Shown: in pieces, positions 37,204-46,390 of the stretch
Layout: every line of letters starts with the position of its first letter
How positions within the stretch are numbered: position 1 is the first letter of the stretch
NCBI GenBank assembly: GCA_964535215.1
Contig: CAZHST010000014.1
Location: 13,297 to 72,401 of the forward strand
DNA: 59,105 bases
Reading direction: 5' to 3'
Origin: an uncultured bacterium
Lineage (GTDB): Bacteria > Methylomirabilota > Methylomirabilia > Methylomirabilales > JACQHM01
Translations under genes and position numbers: made by a program
The notes under the pieces: generated by a model
Seen by the model: only the letters and a program-made list of their open reading frames with translations
The model's database searches: none
Told to the model about the DNA's origin: nothing

Positions 37204-39987
37204 GTGCTGGTCCGGTTCCTAAAGTTCATCTATCGGCATCCGCGAAGTGTCATCGTTGTCTCTCTGGCAGTAGCCGTCGTCTCTGTCCTCTATGCCGCGA
37301 CCCACTTGAGCTTTAAGACCAGCCGCCTTGACCTCGTTTCCTCCAAGGACAGGTATAGCCTGCTCCACCGGGAGCATAGCAGGGAGTTTGAGTCCCTGGA
37401 TCGGATTGTCATTGTGGTTCAAAGCCATCATCCAGAGCGGGCCAAGGCCTTCGCCAGCCTGTTGGGAAGACGGTTGGAGGCGGACAGGGAGGATTTCGAA
37501 AAGGTCTTTTATCGAATCGACATCGAACCCTTGAAAAACAGAGGCCTCCTTTACCTATCCGCTGACGACCTCCTCGCCCTCAGGCGGAAGCTCCAAAGGC
37601 ATGCGGAGCTGATCAGAGACCTGGCCGCCTCCCCCACCCTCCCCGGCCTCTTCTCCCTGATCAATCGGGAGATGACCTCGGCGATGATCAGCCATACCTT
37701 CACCGGTTTCTTGCTGGAGGAGGAGCAGGGGGGGGAAAAGGAACCTGTTGATCTCGGCCTGCTGATCTCCATCCTGAGAGCGATGGACGAGTGGGTTGAG
37801 GGTCAACACGCCTACGTCTCCCCCTGGGAGGCCTTTTTCACCAAGGAGAAGTGGAAGACATCGGAGGATGGGTTCCTCTGGTCAGAGGATAAGACGTTTC
37901 TCTTCCTCCTGGTCACCCCCCGGCAGGTCTCCGGGACCTTCGACCGGTTCAGGAAGGCCGTTGAGCGTGTCCGGCAGGAGGTCCGGGAGCTTCGCAAAGC
38001 TTTTCCAGACCTCGAGGTCGGGGTCACGGGGCAATCGGTCCTGGATTCGGATGAGATGGGGGCGGCCCAGCGGGATACCGCCATGGCGGCTTTGATCTCC
38101 CTCGTAGGGGTCGGGCTTCTCTATTTCGTCATGTTCAGAGGGGTCATGAGACCCCTCTTCGCCCTCGTGACGCTGGTCATTGGTCTGGGCTGGTCCATCG
38201 GCTTCACCGCCCTGACGGTGGGGCATCTGAACATCATCACCATGACCTTTGCGCCGCTTTTGATCGGCCTGGGGATTGATTACGGCAGCTACTTTATCGG
38301 TCGGTACATGGAAGAGAGGATGCCAGGGGTTGGGGTGCCTTTCGTCATGGAGCGGACCACCGCTGCCGTTGGGCCGGGGATAGCGGCGACCGCCCTCATC
38401 ACCGCGTTCTCCTTCTTCACCCTCGTCTTCACCGACTTCAAAGGTCTGGTCGAGCTGGGCTTCATCAGCGGGACCGGCATCCTCCTCATCCTGCTCGCCA
38501 CCTTCACGGTTCTTCCGGCGTTCCTCATCCTCTATGATGGCCGGAGAGGGGCAACCTTCGATCTCCGCGGAATGAGGGGCGGTGAGGCCCGCTCCGGCTA
38601 CCTGGAAGGGCTGTACCGCTATCCGCTGGTCACCCTCTCGGCGAGTGCCCTCCTTGTCCTCCTTTCCCTCGCGTTTCTCGGGAGGGTTGGGGCTGACTTT
38701 AACCTCCTCCACATGCAGGCCGAAGGGACCGAGTCCGTTGTCTGGGAGCTTAAGATCCTGGAGAACGCCAAGCGGTCGGCCTGGTTTGCGGTGAGCGTCG
38801 CCGACTCTCTGGAGGAGGTGAGGCGAAGGGAGAAGGCCTTTAAGGCCCTTCCTTTGGTGGCAGGGGTCCAGAGCCTTGCCTCCCTGATCCCTCAGGACCA
38901 GGAGCGGAAGCTCCGCCTTCTCAAAAGCCTCCGTCCCTTCCTGGCCGATATCCCCATCCCTCAGGTCAAGCCCGGGCCCCTGGACCTGGAGGTCCTCCTG
39001 TCCACCTTGGAGAGGATCAAGTTCAAGATGGTAGAGGATGGTGGCGAAACCTGGGACCCCAGGAAGAGGCCACCCGTGGAGGCGATGCGTGAGGTGCGCC
39101 GCCTCATTGACCAGTTCTTAACATGGGCCAAGCAAACGGAGCCTGAGGAAGTCCATCGGGCCCTTCAAGGGTTCGAGAGGGAGATTTTCGGGGACTTGAA
39201 GGACAAGCTGGATTTCCTGAAACGGGGCCTCGACGCCGGACCGGTAACGCTCCAGACCATTCCCCCTGAGCTTAAGGAGCGCTTCGTGGGCAGGACGGGA
39301 AGGTACCGGGTATTGATCTTTCCCGCCGAGAACATCTGGGAGCCTGAGCACCTGGCGAAGTTCGTCCGGGCGATCAGGGCTGTGGACCCTGATGCCATCG
39401 GTGATCCGGTCCTGGGCTTTGAGCACATGCAGGCGATGAAGACGGCCTACAAGAAAGCCGGGTTGTATTCGGTCGTCGGTCTCCTCCTCCTGGTCTTTCT
39501 CACGTTTAAGGAGGTGAAGGCTTCCCTCTTGGCCCTGATCCCTTTGGTCCTTGGTTCCCTGTGGACCTTAGGCTTCATGGGGGCCTTTCAGGTGAAGTTC
39601 AACCTGGCCAACCTTATCGTCCTCCCCTTGATAGGGGCTCCTGGGATCGAAGGTGGCATCATGGTCCTCACCCGTTACCGCGAGGAGAGGACCACCAGGA
39701 AGCTCCCCCTTCCCCTCCCCAAGAGCACCGGGAGGGCCATGGCGTTCTCGGCCTTGTCCACGATGGTCGGATTCGGGAGCTTGATGATCTCCCGCCATCG
39801 GGGGATTTACAGCATCGGCCTCCTCCTCATGGTTGGGGTGGGGTGTATCCTCCTGGCTTCCGTCACCGCCCTTCCTGCCGTCCTGCGACTCCGCTTATCA
39901 AAGCAGGCGAAGGTTTCGGGGGAGGATCAAGAGATGCCTCAAACCGTTGGGGCCAAGGAAGGAGGCTGGAAAGGCAGGGGGGGGTAA
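37204..39987 (+). CDS. hpnN: hopanoid-associated RND-superfamily (MMPL-like) transporter HpnN
   Basis: About 927 aa with two 6-TM bundles (the sterol-sensing-like GxxxD..., second bundle near 39480-39900) and two large periplasmic loops. GTG start after the RBS; the upstream ATG at 37150 lies inside the predicted promoter. Confidence 0.7.
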   Translation: MLVRFLKFIYRHPRSVIVVSLAVAVVSVLYAATHLSFKTSRLDLVSSKDRYSLLHREHSREFESLDRIVIVVQSHHPERAKAFASLLGRRLEADREDFEKVFYRIDIEPLKNRGLLYLSADDLLALRRKLQRHAELIRDLAASPTLPGLFSLINREMTSAMISHTFTGFLLEEEQGGEKEPVDLGLLISILRAMDEWVEGQHAYVSPWEAFFTKEKWKTSEDGFLWSEDKTFLFLLVTPRQVSGTFDRFRKAVERVRQEVRELRKAFPDLEVGVTGQSVLDSDEMGAAQRDTAMAALISLVGVGLLYFVMFRGVMRPLFALVTLVIGLGWSIGFTALTVGHLNIITMTFAPLLIGLGIDYGSYFIGRYMEERMPGVGVPFVMERTTAAVGPGIAATALITAFSFFTLVFTDFKGLVELGFISGTGILLILLATFTVLPAFLILYDGRRGATFDLRGMRGGEARSGYLEGLYRYPLVTLSASALLVLLSLAFLGRVGADFNLLHMQAEGTESVVWELKILENAKRSAWFAVSVADSLEEVRRREKAFKALPLVAGVQSLASLIPQDQERKLRLLKSLRPFLADIPIPQVKPGPLDLEVLLSTLERIKFKMVEDGGETWDPRKRPPVEAMREVRRLIDQFLTWAKQTEPEEVHRALQGFEREIFGDLKDKLDFLKRGLDAGPVTLQTIPPELKERFVGRTGRYRVLIFPAENIWEPEHLAKFVRAIRAVDPDAIGDPVLGFEHMQAMKTAYKKAGLYSVVGLLLLVFLTFKEVKASLLALIPLVLGSLWTLGFMGAFQVKFNLANLIVLPLIGAPGIEGGIMVLTRYREERTTRKLPLPLPKSTGRAMAFSALSTMVGFGSLMISRHRGIYSIGLLLMVGVGCILLASVTALPAVLRLRLSKQAKVSGEDQEMPQTVGAKEGGWKGRGG

Positions 39988-40035
39988 ACAGGCGTCCCGG
40001 GGAAAGGCGTTTCTCCAGGCCTTCTGGCCGGATCG

Positions 40036-40776
40036 TCAGGACCCCTCGTCCAGCTTTCTCCCCAGGGCCCTTGCCTGCTCCAGTTCTTCCGGCGTGTCAA
40101 TGTCCATCCAGGGAAGCCCCCCGGTGAGGGAATAGCCGACCGGGACCCCCCGGGCGATCAAGGCTTCAATGGCTGCCGTGAAATAGAGATCCGTTCTCGC
40201 CTGCTGGATGAATCCTCTCATCTCCTCAAAGAAGAGGCGGCTGCCTCGTCCTGAGAATCTGGCGATGCCGATGAAGGTTCCCGTGGCTTCACCGGGGAGG
40301 ATGGATTTGCTGACGGCGGTGATCCGGTCCCCTTGGGAGGTCACCTTCATCGTCTCCCCGAGGATCTCGCGATCAATGACCAGGCAGATATCTCCTGGAA
40401 ATGCCAGGCATCCAGGGAGGATCGCCTTGTGAAAGAGGACATCGGCATGGAGGATGAAACAGGGCAGGCCTTCCACTTGCTCCCGCGCGATCCATGCTGA
40501 ATAGAGATTGTTGGTCTCGGCGTAGAGAGGGTTGTGGAGGAGGGTAAGGCGAAAGGGGTAGCGGCGAGCAGCCCTAGCGGCAAAGCGGTGGATGGCATCA
40601 GCCCGATGGCCGGTGACGATCAGGACCTCGGCGACTCCCGATCCCGCCAGGGCGTCAAGTTGGTATTCCAACAGGGACCTTCCCCCAACATCCAAAAGGC
40701 ACTTCGGCGTGTCGGCCGTCAGCGGGTGAAGCCTGGTGGCCCTCCCCGCTGCGAGGATCAGGGCCTTCATGACCAC
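40036..40776 (-). CDS. sugar-/phosphobase nucleotidyltransferase (LicC/PntC-like cytidylyltransferase family)
   Basis: MKALILAAGRATRLHPLTADTPKCLL is the canonical GxGxRL nucleotide-binding loop. Confidence 0.7.
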   Translation of the reverse strand: MVMKALILAAGRATRLHPLTADTPKCLLDVGGRSLLEYQLDALAGSGVAEVLIVTGHRADAIHRFAARAARRYPFRLTLLHNPLYAETNNLYSAWIAREQVEGLPCFILHADVLFHKAILPGCLAFPGDICLVIDREILGETMKVTSQGDRITAVSKSILPGEATGTFIGIARFSGRGSRLFFEEMRGFIQQARTDLYFTAAIEALIARGVPVGYSLTGGLPWMDIDTPEELEQARALGRKLDEGS

Positions 40777-41094
40777 CTCCCAAAGCTTAGAGACCTGTCA
40801 GGGGGGTCCCATCTTATGTACCACGGTTTTGCCGAAAAGCAAGGAAAAAATCCCGGGTCGAGGATCGGAGGCGTTTGACAAACCCCCGGGCCTACGCTAT
40901 CATGCTCCCCGATCTCCAGTCCCATGGCATTTTTTGAACCATGGGGCCCCAGCCGACGTATCTGGAGGGAGGGAACAATCTGGGAAGAGGTGGTGTTCTG
41001 TAAGGGAGGGGTGGGTCAGCCTGGGAGGCCCATGGAGGGGGAGCGAGCCGGTGGGATTTATCATCGGGGTCCCTGGTTCCGAAAGGAGGGTTCG

Positions 41095-42501
41095 ATGAAC
41101 TGGAGGCGAGGACCGAGGGTGGTGCTAGGACTCCTGGGAGCTTTTGGGCTCTTTGCCTTTCCCCCTCCCCTGAAGGCGCAAGAGGTGCCGAGAACAGGGA
41201 CGGTCATCCTTGACCTCAAGCAGGCCATTGAAATGGCGGTCATGACAAGCCCTGACATCAAGCGGGTGCAGGCGGGTGTGGACGCTGCCCAGGCCAAGAA
41301 GGATCAGGCCGATGCCGGACGACTCCCCCAGTTCGAGTTCACGAGCGTCTTGGGCCCCTCGCCCGAGGCCCGGGTCTTCACCACGGAATTGGGCGATGTC
41401 CGATCAACCGATCGAACGGACCGGCCAACCATCAACGGGATCTTCGGGCGGAGTGACTTTACGTTGATCCAGCCCTTGTACACCTTTGGTAGGATCTCGG
41501 GGCTCCGGGAGGCCGCCGGCCATGGGGTTCGGGTCGAGCAGGCGCGGGTGGAAGAAAAGACCTCGGAGGTCATCTTGAAGGTCAAGGAGGCCTATTACAG
41601 CCTCCTCCTCGGGATGGAGCTCCAGAACCTCCTCCTCGATATCCAGGAGCAGTTGGAGCGGGCCCTGGAGAAGGTGGAACGGATCCTGGAGGCTGGGGCG
41701 CCCGGGGCGGATGAGGTGGATCGGTACAAGCTCAGGACCTTCCGGGGGGAGCTTCAGCGGAACCTGAATGAGGTGGCGAAGGTGATTGATGTGGCCACCG
41801 CCGGGCTCAAGACCTTGACCGGCTTGGCGCCCGATCAGGTGGTCGAGCCAGCGGTGAAAACGCTGGAACCGGATCCCAGGCCCGTCCCTCCTCTCGAGCA
41901 GGCCCTTAAGGAGGCCCAGGAGCGGCGGCCGGAGTTCGTTCAGATCCGCGAAGGCCTGTTGGCCACCCAGGCCTTGGTGGCGGCCGCGAGGGCAGAACGC
42001 TATCCCCAGCTGTTCATGGCCGTCACAGGTTCCGTGTCCCGGGCCACCAACCGTACCCCCCTCACCAACCCGTTCGTCTTCGACGAGCTGAATCATACGG
42101 TGGTAGTCCCGCTGATCGGCTTCAAGTGGCACTTCGACTTCGGCATCCTTGCCGGCAAGGTTCGAGAAGCCCAGGCCGAGCATCAGAAGGTGGTTCACGC
42201 CAAGGAACTGGCGGAGCAGGGGGTCCCCTTTCAGGTGAGAAAAGCCTACCGGGAGCTGGAGGAGGCCCGGCAGAGCATCAAGGCGACGGAGGAGGCGTAT
42301 GCCAACGCGAGGAGGTGGCTGGTGGCCGCGGTGGCCAACTTCGATTTGGGCGTGGGCGAGGCCAAGGAGGTAGCCGATGCCCTTGTCGCCTTCGTCAAGA
42401 TGCGGGCGGAGAATTTCAAGGCGATCTTTAACTACAACATGGCCCTTGCCGCCCTGGACCAGGCGACCGGCAAGGCCGTCCAAGAAGTGGGAAGACCCTG
42501 A
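41095..42501 (+). CDS. TolC-like outer membrane efflux protein
   Basis: Signal peptide MNWRRGPRVVLGLLGAFGLFAFPPP, two OEP repeats with coiled-coil segments. RBS GAAAGGAGGG upstream of this ATG; the longer ORF from 40924 is unlikely. Confidence 0.7.
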   Translation: MNWRRGPRVVLGLLGAFGLFAFPPPLKAQEVPRTGTVILDLKQAIEMAVMTSPDIKRVQAGVDAAQAKKDQADAGRLPQFEFTSVLGPSPEARVFTTELGDVRSTDRTDRPTINGIFGRSDFTLIQPLYTFGRISGLREAAGHGVRVEQARVEEKTSEVILKVKEAYYSLLLGMELQNLLLDIQEQLERALEKVERILEAGAPGADEVDRYKLRTFRGELQRNLNEVAKVIDVATAGLKTLTGLAPDQVVEPAVKTLEPDPRPVPPLEQALKEAQERRPEFVQIREGLLATQALVAAARAERYPQLFMAVTGSVSRATNRTPLTNPFVFDELNHTVVVPLIGFKWHFDFGILAGKVREAQAEHQKVVHAKELAEQGVPFQVRKAYRELEEARQSIKATEEAYANARRWLVAAVANFDLGVGEAKEVADALVAFVKMRAENFKAIFNYNMALAALDQATGKAVQEVGRP

Positions 42502-42561
42502 GGGGAAGGCAACGGGGGAGGCGTGGCTCCGGGAACACGGGGAGAGAGGAGGTTTTTGAGG

Positions 42562-43197
42562 ATGGGACGACGATGGGGGCACACCAAGAGGATGGCTTGG
42601 GCAGGGTCCTGGTTGGGGATCCTCTTCCTGGCTCAAGGGTTCCTTTCCACCGCCGTGGCCGGGGAACCCTTGGAACAGGTCAAGGCAACCCTGGAGGCTG
42701 CTTCGGCGATCCTGGGGGACCCGAAGCTTGCTGGGCCGGAAAAGGAGGAGGAGCGGAGGGAGGCGGTCAAGAAGATCATCTTCGATCGCTTTGATCTTCG
42801 GGAGATGGCGGCCCGCTCCCTGGGGGATCAGTGGGCCAAGCTGACCCCATCCCAACAGGAGGAGTTTGTCCAGGTCTTTGGCGACCTCTTCCAAAGGTCC
42901 TACACCCGCCTGGTGCTCAGGTTTCTCCCGGAAAGGCGGACCCTTTATGGGCAGGAGAGGCTGGATGGGTCAACGGCCCTGGTGAAAACGACCCTGGTCA
43001 GTCAGCGGAACGAGCGGTTGCCGGTTGATTACCGACTCATCAAGAAGGGGCCCCGGTGGGCCTTTTTCGACGTGATCATTGATGGGGTCAGCATCGTTGG
43101 GAACTATCGAACCCAGTTCAGCAAAATTATCCGAAACTCCTCCTATGAGAGCCTCGTCCGCCGCATGAAACTCAAACAGGAACAGGAGTCCTTTTAG
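42562..43197 (+). CDS. MlaC/Ttg2D-family lipid-binding periplasmic protein (HpnM-like)
   Basis: Signal peptide, then IIFDRFDLREMAARSLGDQWAKLTPSQQEEFVQVF...FFDVIIDGVSIVGNYRTQF, the toluene-tolerance Ttg2D/MlaC fold. Next to the hpnN/TolC genes. Confidence 0.65.
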   Translation: MGRRWGHTKRMAWAGSWLGILFLAQGFLSTAVAGEPLEQVKATLEAASAILGDPKLAGPEKEEERREAVKKIIFDRFDLREMAARSLGDQWAKLTPSQQEEFVQVFGDLFQRSYTRLVLRFLPERRTLYGQERLDGSTALVKTTLVSQRNERLPVDYRLIKKGPRWAFFDVIIDGVSIVGNYRTQFSKIIRNSSYESLVRRMKLKQEQESF

Positions 43198-43240
43198 ATC
43201 GGCTCTGGGGATGGGCTTTTCGCTCTTCCCGCGCCGCGGG

Positions 43241-44470
43241 TTACCGCTCCCGGTAGAAGATCAGCAACACGCCGAAGGCGATCACCAGGAACCGCCAGAG
43301 GAGCTTGGGGATGGAGGAACCAGGGTCCCGGTCCCAGAGGAGCTTTGTTCCCCCGATGAGGATGGCCAGGAGGCCCATCGCGGCGTGTTGGAGATAGATC
43401 TTGAAGCCGGAAAGGCCCCAGGTGAGCTGCTGGGTGATGAAGGCGAAAAGGTGTCCAGACTTACCGTGGCCCCCATGAGAGACCAGGAGGGCCCCTGAGA
43501 CAATGGCCAGACCAGGGAAGAGGTAACCCCAGGCCGGGTGGAGGAGCCATCCCTCCTTCCTGAAAAGCTCGATCAACCCGATGGCCAACATGGCGAGGCC
43601 GAGGACCTTATGCTGCCAGACCGAGGGGATGGCCAACCCTTCCAGGAGGGGGATCGGGCCTAGCGGCCAGACCTGCGGGTCACTCCGGACGAGGACCCAG
43701 AGGCTTAAGCCGATGGCTCCAAGGGGCCAGAGGGATTTCAGCCAGCGACGGCCCGGGAGGAAGACCTCAATCACGGCCAGGATCCCGACCAGCAGGAGGA
43801 GGAACCCCGAGGAGCGGTGGTTAAACTCGGAGAACGCAATCTGCCCCGGGGTCCGTTGCCAGCCCCCGTGCTCGTGGCCTCCTCCCGGGAGGCCCTCGCT
43901 CCCCCCATAGGAGGCGAGGAACGGGTTGGTCTCCGCGAAAAGGCCGCTCGGGTTGGGGAACCAGGCCCAGACGTGGAGACTCCAGAGACTGGGATGCCAG
44001 ACTTCGAAGGGAGCTCCCGTTTTGGGATGGGTCTTTGGGCAGAGATCGGCGGCGGAGGCTTCCTCCTCGCTCCCGTCAGCGTAATGACAACTGGCTTTAT
44101 GCCGGAACCAGGGAGCCCTGGGAAAGAAGGTGCGGGGAGGGGTTGGGCCTCCGGCCACGTACTCCACGCCGGCCAACTGCCATTGACCCCTCTCCTCCAC
44201 GTAGAGGAGCATCTGGGGCCGGGTGAGGTCGAAGTCGGTGATGGAAGGGTTGAAGTAGTGATAGCCATGGAGGCGGATCATGCCGGTCATCTGGCGGTAC
44301 CCATGCTTCCTGGCCTGATCGATGTCGAGGAACTGGATGGTCGCCGTGCGGATCTGGGCGACGATCTGGCTCAGATCCCCTTCAGCAGCCTGGCCGGGGA
44401 GCACCCCCCAGACCAAGCCCCCGACGATCAAGCCCCCAAGCCAGCGCTTCATTTCGTTCCTCCTTTCCAT
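43241..44470 (-). CDS. membrane protein of unknown function (N-terminal periplasmic domain + C-terminal polytopic domain)
   Basis: 409 aa. Signal or anchor helix, about 200 aa soluble region, then about 6 TM helices with His/Gly-rich loops (HGGHGKSGH). Confidence 0.4.
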   Translation of the reverse strand: MERRNEMKRWLGGLIVGGLVWGVLPGQAAEGDLSQIVAQIRTATIQFLDIDQARKHGYRQMTGMIRLHGYHYFNPSITDFDLTRPQMLLYVEERGQWQLAGVEYVAGGPTPPRTFFPRAPWFRHKASCHYADGSEEEASAADLCPKTHPKTGAPFEVWHPSLWSLHVWAWFPNPSGLFAETNPFLASYGGSEGLPGGGHEHGGWQRTPGQIAFSEFNHRSSGFLLLLVGILAVIEVFLPGRRWLKSLWPLGAIGLSLWVLVRSDPQVWPLGPIPLLEGLAIPSVWQHKVLGLAMLAIGLIELFRKEGWLLHPAWGYLFPGLAIVSGALLVSHGGHGKSGHLFAFITQQLTWGLSGFKIYLQHAAMGLLAILIGGTKLLWDRDPGSSIPKLLWRFLVIAFGVLLIFYRER

Positions 44471-44623
44471 GGCTGAACGGAGAGGCCTTGCTCGAGAACG
44501 ATAGGGGAATCATAGCATTCCTCCTCCAAAACCGCAAAGGCTGGCGGGGGCTCGGGGAGTCTGCGATTTCCTTGACCTCCCCCGGTGTTTGTGCTACCAT
44601 TTGCTCCAGTTTTGGAGGTGCCG

Positions 44624-44962
44624 ATGAGACGATCCCCGCCGGCTAGACTGGAGACGATGGGGGCCATCCTGACCGCGGTGGTCTTGGTGCTTGGGTCCCT
44701 CCTGATTGAAAGGGTTGGCTCTTTCCAGGAGGCCCAGGCCTGCGAAAGCTCCCCCTTCGAAGAGGTGCTCCAGTTGGTCCGGTCTGATGGATCCTCTGCC
44801 CGAAGTTTCCCCCCTGCCCATCTCCAACCTCTTTCCCCCCTTCTGCCATGGGTTGCCCTTGGTCCCGGCACGACCCCTCGTCCCTCGGAATTCTATGCCG
44901 TTACCTTACCTCTCCAGGCATCCTCCCGCGAATTCTCTTCCCACCTCCCCCTTCGCCTGTGA
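44624..44962 (+). CDS. small hypothetical membrane-anchored protein
   Basis: 112 aa ORF with an N-terminal TM helix and a Pro-rich tail. Preceded by TTGACC-17-TACCAT (44572-44600) and GGAGG. No recognisable family. Confidence 0.25.
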   Translation: MRRSPPARLETMGAILTAVVLVLGSLLIERVGSFQEAQACESSPFEEVLQLVRSDGSSARSFPPAHLQPLSPLLPWVALGPGTTPRPSEFYAVTLPLQASSREFSSHLPLRL

Positions 44963-45050
44963 TCCGGACCTTCCTCCTCCCGGCTTCGGACCTCATCACG
45001 CTCCTTAAGGGGCAGACAGGTTTCCCTTACCTTGGAGAGGACATGGCAGA

Positions 45051-46373
45051 ATGGAGCTGGACTCCCATCGGAACCGGCGATCCCTGGAGGAACGGCCCAG
45101 GTTGGCTGTGGGGGTGCTCGTTGACCTAAAGTGGCGTCCTGAGGCCGGTGGACAGGTCAAGTGCTGGGAGCGCTTGGCCAGGGCCGCCGCCGCGTTCAAA
45201 GATCAGGTGGACCTGACCATCCATTTCCTGGGGGATCAGGAGGAGAGGGACAGCATCTCCGAGAACGTGCGCTACATTACCCACCCGCCCCTCCTCAGTA
45301 CGGGACGGCTTCGCTTCCTGGGCCAGATCCCGGAACATACCGACCTCGCCCCTTTGCACCCGAGGCTTCTTCCCTACCTGGGCTGCTACCAGGTGATCCA
45401 CACCACCGACGCCTTCTTCGCCTTCGCCAAAACGGCCCTTGCCTTCACGAGGCGATCCCGGGTGCCGTTGGTCACTTCGATCCACACCGATACCCCCCGG
45501 TATACCCGGCTCTACACCCAAGCGGTCATCCGCCGGCTCTTCAAAGAGGGGCGATTGGCTCGCTTCCTCCTCGACCGGTTCCGTTTCGACGAACGCTGTT
45601 ACGTCTCCACGTTGCGGAAGCTCGACCGGTATCTCGAGCGGTGCGACTGGATCCTGGTCTCGAACCGGGAGGATTGGGAACGGGTTTCAAGGGTGTTGCC
45701 GGAAAAGCGGATTTCTTTCCTCCGGCGGGGGATTGACAAGGAGGCCTTCCACCCCCGGTGGCGGCATCGGGCGAAGCTGGAGGCGGCCTTCGGCATCCCC
45801 CCGGATCGGTTCCTGTTGCTCTTTGTGGGGCGGGTGGACCAGGGGAAGAACGTGATGACCCTGGCCCAGGCGGCCAAGCGGTTACTGGATCAGGGGGAGC
45901 CTATCCATGTCATGATCGTTGGGGAGGGGAGCCAGAAAGAGGCGGTCCGCACCCTCCTTGGTCCTCATGTCACCCTTCCAGGGGTGGTCTCGCCCTCGAC
46001 CCTCGCCTGGCTGTATGCCAGTGCCGATCTCTTCGTGTTCCCTTCGGAAATCGAGGTCTGCCCCAACGTGGTGATCGAAGCAAAGGCGTCAGGGCTTCCC
46101 GTCCTGGTCTCGGCAAAGGGGGGGGCGGCCCAGTGTCTCAAACAGCCCGGCGTGGACGGAGTCATCGTCGAGGCGAACAACCCTGCCCTCTGGGCCCGGG
46201 CTGTTGCCTTCTTGAGGAGGGATTTAACGCTCCGGGTCCGGATGGGGCAAGAGGCGAGGCGGCATATCGAAACGGAGTGGCCTTCGTGGGAGGAGGTCCT
46301 GGCTCAGGATCTCCTCCCGGTCTGGCAGACGGTGGCCAAGAAAGGCCAGGTCTTCTCGGATCCACACGCCTGA
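45051..46373 (+). CDS. glycosyltransferase family 4 (GT-B, group 1) protein
   Basis: The C-terminal domain has the EX7E-type motif region (FVFPSEIEVCPNVVIEAKASGLPVLVS). Exact start uncertain. Confidence 0.75.
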   Translation: MELDSHRNRRSLEERPRLAVGVLVDLKWRPEAGGQVKCWERLARAAAAFKDQVDLTIHFLGDQEERDSISENVRYITHPPLLSTGRLRFLGQIPEHTDLAPLHPRLLPYLGCYQVIHTTDAFFAFAKTALAFTRRSRVPLVTSIHTDTPRYTRLYTQAVIRRLFKEGRLARFLLDRFRFDERCYVSTLRKLDRYLERCDWILVSNREDWERVSRVLPEKRISFLRRGIDKEAFHPRWRHRAKLEAAFGIPPDRFLLLFVGRVDQGKNVMTLAQAAKRLLDQGEPIHVMIVGEGSQKEAVRTLLGPHVTLPGVVSPSTLAWLYASADLFVFPSEIEVCPNVVIEAKASGLPVLVSAKGGAAQCLKQPGVDGVIVEANNPALWARAVAFLRRDLTLRVRMGQEARRHIETEWPSWEEVLAQDLLPVWQTVAKKGQVFSDPHA

Positions 46374-46390
46374 GCCACCCGGAGGGGGAA

